From: Felis catus
Lineage: Eukaryota
Length of the DNA stretch: 64,000 nucleotides
Direction: 5' to 3'
NCBI RefSeq assembly: GCF_018350175.1
Contig: NC_058368.1
Location: 195,302,001-195,366,000, forward strand
A model generated the notes under the pieces. That model did not search any database. It had not been told where the DNA came from and saw nothing but the letters and a program-made list of their open reading frames with translations. The position numbers and the translations under genes were made by a program. Of the stretch, positions 57,598-64,000 are shown piece by piece. The first letter of the stretch is position 1, and the number at the start of each line of letters is the position of its first letter.

Positions 57598-58072
57598 TCA
57601 CCCCACCATATTTTTTAAAATGTCTACCCCAGTTGGTTCATTTCACCAGGGAAAGAGAAAAGAATGCAGGTTCGTGCTCAATTCAAAATAGCAAGGTCAG
57701 TGAGTTCATCTCATCCCTGGAAGAACCCAGCAATTTATTGACTGATCAGTGCCAGAAACTGTGCTTGGAATGCTTCTGAGCCCAGGTTACCTCCAGGTCT
57801 CGAATTTCTTTGATTCTATGGCTCCTTCTGATGTCATGGTCAAGAAAGCCCGATCTTAAGAGAACCAAAGAGCTCCCTGTTGGAATTACTGATGCAAGGG
57901 GGACTTTGCCTTCCCCAATTGGCTCCTGGGAGGCACTGACTATAATAAGGATTCTTTCTTATATCTGGCTACCACACTCTTATTAGAAAGACCTTTGCAT
58001 CATTTTCAGATACTGTTAGGATTCTATCAAGCTTATCATTATGCAGTCATAATTAGAAATTAACACAGTTAT

Positions 58073-58237
58073 GGGGCGCCTGGGTGGCTCAGTCGGTTAA
58101 GCGTCTGACTTAGCTCAGGTCATGATCTCATGGCTCATGAGTTCAAGCCCCGCGTTGGGTTCTGTGCTGACAGCTCAGAGCCTGGAGCTGCTTTGGATTC
58201 TGTGTCTCCCTCTCTCTCTCTGCCCCTCCCCCACTTG

Positions 58238-58281
<44 letters not shown>

Positions 58282-58315
58282 AATAAACATTAAAAAATTA
58301 AAAATTAAAAAGAAA
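58073..58315 (+). mobile_element. Can-SINE with a long (CT)n
   Basis: TSD agaaattaacaca. Confidence 0.92.
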
Positions 58316-58448
58316 AGAAATTAACACAATTACATCTCCTTGTCATTCCCAGAGAACTTTTCCCAACTATACAAATCCCCACCTCTGCTTCCACAGTTTA
58401 CTCAGAAGTATAAATGAAGATTCACTGTTCAATATGGATGCATAAATA

Positions 58449-58670
58449 GGAGCACCTGCGTGGCTCAGTTGCTTAAGCATCCAATTCTGGCTCAGGTCAT
58501 GATCTCCCGGTTTGTGGGTTTGAGCCCATTGTCGGGCTCTGTGCTGACAGCTCAGAGACTGGAGCCCGTTTCAAATTCTGTGTCTCCCTCTCTCTGCCCC
58601 TCCCCTGCTTGTGCTCTCTCTCGCTCTCTATCTCGGAAATAAATAAACACTTAAAAAATATTTTTAAAAA
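58449..58670 (+). mobile_element. Can-SINE
   Basis: ggagcacctgcgtggctcagttgcttaagcatcc..., A tail. Confidence 0.88.
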
Positions 58671-59333
58671 TATATGGAAGTATACATAAAAAAGCACTTT
58701 GACTCTTTTACTCCTCGAAAACTATGCAAAAGCAAAACGTAAAAACTCTGAAAACTCTATTTTCAGCAAAGGGAGAAGATAGAATCCACAGATCCCGAAA
58801 TATGTGTAAGGGCTAACAAAAGCGCTGAGATCAGACAGAAGCTATAAAGGAAAATGGAAAAGAAATTCAAAGAGAAGCAAAGGGACCCAGTGGGGACAGA
58901 TCTCAGGAATGCGACAGTGAAAACGCTCTTCCTGAAGAGGAAGAGCTCACTTAGAGCTGCTCGGCTCTATTTGTTTTGTTTGCAACAATGGGTGTGGAAA
59001 CAGTTCAGCAAGAGTCAACAAAAGCTCTCCTGAATCTGGTTTGGATCCGGGAAGCCAGGAAGATAAAGATAACAGCAAGAAGCACAGGGATGAGCCATAT
59101 TTGCAGGAAGCAATTGGTCTATGGCAATGAAACAGAAACGACTGGAAATACACTTGTTGTTGAGGATGTAAAACAACTGGAAGTTTCATCCACTGCTGGG
59201 GGGAGTGGACAGTGATGCAACCGCTTCGGAAAGTTGTTTTGATGGTTTTTTATGAAGTTAAACACATGTCCTGTGATCCAGCAATTCCACTCCTAGGTAT
59301 TGACCCAGGGAGAATAAAAGTGTTTATCCACAC

Positions 59334-59509
59334 CAGGGCCTCGACTAGGGGGAGGCAAGCAAGGTGCCGCAGATGGGACATTTAAAGAGGCACTCACTTT
59401 TAGGATTGTACAGGCGCAGGGTTGGCACTTACATGAACACAAGAGCGGGTGCCTCCTTAAATTTTGTGACCTAGGCTTCCTGTCTTGCCTCACCCGGGTC
59501 CAGGCTGTG
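59334..59509. mobile_element. MER96-like hAT MITE inserted in an old L1 fragment (about 59140-59880)
   Basis: About 176 bp with imperfect inverted ends (cagggcctcgactagggggaggcaag / cttgcctcacccgggtccaggctgtg) and degenerate 8-bp TSD atccacac / gtccccac. Confidence 0.65.
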
Positions 59510-60799
59510 GTCCCCACAGACTTGTATTCAAATTTTCACAGCAGATACCTTAATAAAGCTAAATCAGTGACAACCCACACACTTATCAATAGGTGAATTG
59601 GTAAACAAACTGTGGCATATAGAGCAGAAAGGAGCTATTGATACATGCAAAAATGTGGATGAATCTCATTATGGCTAAGTGGAAGAAGCCATACACACAA
59701 AACTGCATACTATATGATTCGGTTTATATAAATGTAAAGAATGGGCAAAACCAAATCTAGTGACAGAAAGCTGAACAATGATTTCTTGACATGTGTCAAA
59801 GAAACATGTGGGGATTGGCTGCAAAGGGACACAGCTTTCTGGAGTAATGCTAACATTCTGTATATTGATTGGGATGCTGGTTATGTGGGGTTATTTTTTT
59901 ACTTATTAAATTAAATACTTATTAAATGCAGGGCTCGATCTCACAAACTGTGAGATCATGACCTGGGCCAAAGTCAGACATTTAACCAACTGAGCCACAT
60001 GGGCCAGGGGGGTGGGGGGGGGGGTGGGGAGGGAACCTAAAATACGTTAACCTGATTGTATATAAATTGTACTCCTAAAGGTTCATTTAAAAATTGTAAA
60101 GAGATTACAAGACATCTGGGAAAACCTCCAAGACAAAAGAATAACCAAGTGCACAAACACATGAAGCCTTTTGGAGGAGACCATGCCCATGCAAAAAACA
60201 AACACGCAGCCAAATATCCTCAGAGAGACAAGATGTTGCCATCATGACATAACAACGATAGCAACAACAAAAATACTGCTTTTAAAAAATATTGTTAGGG
60301 GAAAAAAACAGCTCTTGGAAATTAAGAATGTAATAACAAAAATGAAGAATCAAATAGAAGAGTAAGAAGATGAAAGTAAAGAAGAAATTGGTTCTTTTTC
60401 ATTAATGAATATTTATTATATGTGCCAGGCACTGGGCCTAAAACAGTGAACACAATAGACAAAAGTCCCCGCCCTTGTGAAACATTTTAGGGAGGGAAGA
60501 GAACAAAAATAAATAAGTAATATCCATGTCATGTCAGCGGGTGTACCTGCTGTGGAGGAAAATCAGGAAAGTGGGAGAGGGAGTCTAGAGGCAGAGAGGA
60601 GGGATTGAAGCCTTTTTAAATAGTCAGGAATATACTACTGAGAGGTGATATCTCCACAAAGTCCTAAAATAGGGGAGGAAACAATCCCTGTGGACTTCTT
60701 TGAGAAGAGCATTCTGGGCAGGGGGAATAGCATGTTCTAGGGGCCCAGGAGGGAATGTGCCTAGCCTATTTGAAGAATTAAAAGGTAGTCAGTGTGTGC

Positions 60800-62906
60800 A
60801 TGATACTGTATGTAGAAAACCCTAAAAACTCCATCAAAAAGCTGCTAGAACTGATAGGTGAGTTCAGTAAGGCCTATTCATTCAGATAGGTGAATTCAGT
60901 AAGGATACAAAATCAATACGCAGAAATCTGTTACTAATAATGAAATAGCAGAAAGAGAAGATAAGAAAGCAATCCCATTTACAATTGTGCCAAAAACAAT
61001 AAAATAGCTGGGAATAAGCTTGACTGAGGAGGTAAAAGAACTCTGACAATTATAAAGCACTGATGAAAGAAACTGAAGATGGCAATAAACAAATGGAAAG
61101 ATATTCCATGCTAACGTATTGGGAAAACAGATATTGCTAATATGTTCGTGCTACCCAAAGCAATCCACAGATTTAATGCAGTTCCTAAGACCCCTAATGG
61201 CCAAACAACCTTGAAAAAGAAGAACAAAACCTGAGGCAACACAATCCCGGATTTCAAGATTCATTGCAAAGCTGTAGTCATCAAGACAGTCTGGTAGTGA
61301 CACAAAAACAGACACACAGACAAATGGAACAGAGTAAACAGCCCAGAGGGGCGCCTGGGTGGCTCAGTCGGTTAAGCGGCCGACTTCGGCTCAGGTCACG
61401 ATCTTGCGGTATGGGGGTTCGAGCCCCGCATCGGGCTCTGTGCTGACTGCTCAGAGCCTGGAGCTTGTTTCAGATTCTGTGTCTCCCTCTCTCTCTGACC
61501 CTCCCCCGTTCATGCTCTGTCTCTCTCTGTCTCAAAAATAAATAAAGGTTAAAAAAAAATTAAAAAAAAAAAAAGAGCCCAGAAATAAACCCATGATTAT
61601 ATGGTCAAATAGTCTATGACAAAGAGGCAAGAATATGCAAGGGGAAAGAGGCAATCTCTTCAACAGATGGTGTTGGGAAAACTGGACAGCTACATGGAAA
61701 GAATGAAACTGAACCATTTTCTTATACCATACACAAAAATAAACTCAAACTGGATTAAAGAGCTAAATGTGAGACTTGAACCTATCAAAATCCTAAAAGA
61801 GAGCAGAGGCAGTAATTTTTCCGACATCAGCTATAGCAACATTTTTCTAGTTATGTCTCCTGAGGCAAGGGAAACAAAAGCAAAAGTAAACTATTGGAAC
61901 TACATCAAAATAAAAAGTTTCTGCACAGCAAAGGAAACAATCGACAAAACTAAAAGACAACCTAGTGAATGAGAGAAGCTATTTGCAAATGATATGTTCA
62001 ATAAGGTATTAGTATTCAAAAATATAAAGAACTTATCAACACAACACCATAAAAAAATAATCCAATTTAAAAATGGGCAGAAAACATAAAACAGACATTT
62101 CTCCAAAGAAGACATACAGATGGCCCACAGACACATGAAAAGATGCTCAACATCACTCATCATCAGGGAAATGCAAATCAAAACCACAATGAGATATCAC
62201 CTCACACCTATCAAAATGGCTAAAATCAAAAACACAACAAACAACAACTGTCGGCAAGGATGTGGAGAAAAAGCAACCCTTTCGCACTGTTGTTGGGAAC
62301 GCAGACTGGTGCAGCCACTGTGAAAGGCTCCTCAAAAAATTAAAAATAGAATTATCATATGATCCAGTAATTCCACAACTGGGTATTTACCCAAAGAATA
62401 CAAAGACGCTCATTCAAAAAGATATTTGCACCCCTGTGTTTATTGTAACATAATTTACAATAACCAAATTATGGAAGCAGCCTAAGTGTCCATTGACAGA
62501 TGAATAGATAAAGAAGATGTGGTATGTATATGTAACAGAATATTACTGAGCCACGAAAAAGAATGAAATCTTGCCATTTGCAACAACATGGATGGACCCG
62601 GAGGATATAATGTTAAGTGAAATAAGTAAGACAAGTACCATATGATTTCGCTCATATGTGCAATTTAGGAAACAAAAGAGATGAACAAAGAAAGAAAGAG
62701 ACAAACCAAGAAACAGACTCCTAACTATAGCAAACAAACTGATGGTTACCAGAGGGGAGGTGGGGGGGGGGTGGTGTGAAAAGGGGATTAAGAGCACACT
62801 TATCATGATGAGCACTGAGTAATGTGTGGAAGTGTTGAATCGCTATACGGTACACCTGAGACTAATATACCGCTGTACATTAACTATATTAGAATTAAAT
62901 AAATAC
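60800..62906 (+). mobile_element. 5'-truncated carnivore L1 (ORF2 3' part and 3' UTR)
   Basis: ORF2 peptides ([44 protein letters not shown]); degenerate TSD aagg..gtcagtgtg. Confidence 0.9.
61348..61573 (+). mobile_element. Can-SINE nested in L1
   Basis: TSD core agcccaga. Confidence 0.92.
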
Positions 62907-63111
62907 AAGGAGGTCAGTGTGGCTGTAGCAGAATGAGCTACGGCAAGAGAAGTAAATTAGGTCAGAGCAAGCACAAGTGGGCGAAAACTGTATAAAGCTC
63001 TGTGAGCCATTTTAAGGATTTTGGCTCTTACTCTGAGTGAGATGGGAAGATATTGGAGGAGTCTGAGCAGATGAATGCCATGATCTGACTTGGGTTTAAA
63101 AGGATGCTCTG

Positions 63112-63333
63112 GGGGCGCCTGGGTGGCTTAGTCGGTTGGGCATCCAACTTCAGCTCAGGTCATGGTCTGGTGGTTTGTGAGTTCGAGCCCCGCATCGGGC
63201 TCTGTACTGACAGCTCAGAGCCTGGAGCCTGCTTTGGATTCTGTATCTCCCCCTCTCTCTGCCCCTCCCATGGTCATGCTCTGTCTCTCTCTGTCTGTCA
63301 ATAATAAACGTTAAAAATTTTTTTTTAAAAAAA
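63112..63333 (+). mobile_element. Can-SINE
   Basis: TSD aggatgctct on both sides. Confidence 0.9.
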
Positions 63334-64000
63334 CAGGATGCTCTGCCTATTGGGTTGATTTAGGAATGGGCAGAAAGGGGAGACCAGTCAGGAGGCAGTT
63401 TCTATAATCTGGAATAAGATTATGATGATTTGACAAGAATAAGCACAGTAAAGATGGTGAGAAGTGGTCAATTTCTGAAAAATAGTTTTATGGTAGATTG
63501 GAAATGTTAATTGTCGATGGAAGGAAATGGAGTATGAGAGAGAGGAGATAAATACTTTGGCCTGAACCACAGGAAGAGTAGAGCTGCCTTCTACAAGACC
63601 AGGAAGACAATGGCAGGAGCAGGCCTCTAGGATCAGTGAGTCCAGCCCCCTATCCTTTGGTGGGGAAACCAAGGCCCCGAGAGGAGGAGCGATGCACCCA
63701 GAGTCTCACACAGGTCATGTGTCCCTTTGCTCTAGCAAAGAGCCCTTGCTTCGGAGCCCTTGGCCGCCACATCATACAAAGGTAACAAAATAACATATAG
63801 AGAATGATTACATTTTGTTAAGAAAAAAAAAAAAACAGGGTGCATATGCACACGACACAGTCTGTATGCACATGAGTTACGTGAATTTAAGGTAGTGTGA
63901 TATAAAAATATTAGTAAAGATCCACTTTGTATGCAGAATTTACAGCCTTTAGAATCCCACCCAAATTCAAAATTTCACAAAGTATGTCATAACAGCCAGA

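Larger units (their letters stand above)
60398..63620 (-). mobile_element. L2 element split by an L1 (60800-62906) and a SINE (63112-63333)
   Basis: L2 3' end ttcattaatgaatatttattatatgtgccaggcactggg; L2 body resumes at aaggaggtcagtgtggctgtagcagaatgagc. Confidence 0.7.

Noticed and set aside
61616..62453. L1 ORF2-like ORFs as an active retrotransposon
   Set aside because: The element is 5'-truncated, frameshifted and interrupted by a SINE, so it is non-functional.

Overview
This is mammalian genomic DNA from a cat-family (felid) carnivore, judged from its many tRNA-derived Can-SINEs of SINEC_Fc type. The window contains the complete SLC36A1 (PAT1, proton-coupled lysosomal amino-acid transporter) gene on the minus strand. 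It has a CpG-island promoter and non-coding exon 1 at about 55.5-56.0 kb with two CLEAR-type E-boxes, ten GT-AG coding exons (45742 down to 13289; 1431 nt, 476 aa, intact) and a 3' UTR of about 4.1 kb ending after an AATAAA at 9181-9176. The first ~950 nt look like the 3' end of a convergent plus-strand gene, probably FAT2 by recalled synteny. Most of the remainder is intron or intergenic DNA filled with Can-SINEs, L1, L2, MIR, MER20, MER96, Charlie1a and an MLT2 LTR. The most unusual unexplained structure is a degenerate array of ~25 copies of a 40-bp unit in the last intron (20.9-21.9 kb), each unit carrying a potential hairpin. Also notable are an antisense SINE nested in a SINE (a near-loopless dsRNA hairpin), an in-frame upstream ATG that could extend the PAT1 N-terminus by 31 aa, and candidate uORFs in exon 1. 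I see no convincing evidence for a novel protein-coding system. TE family names are from recalled consensus sequences, not from a database search.
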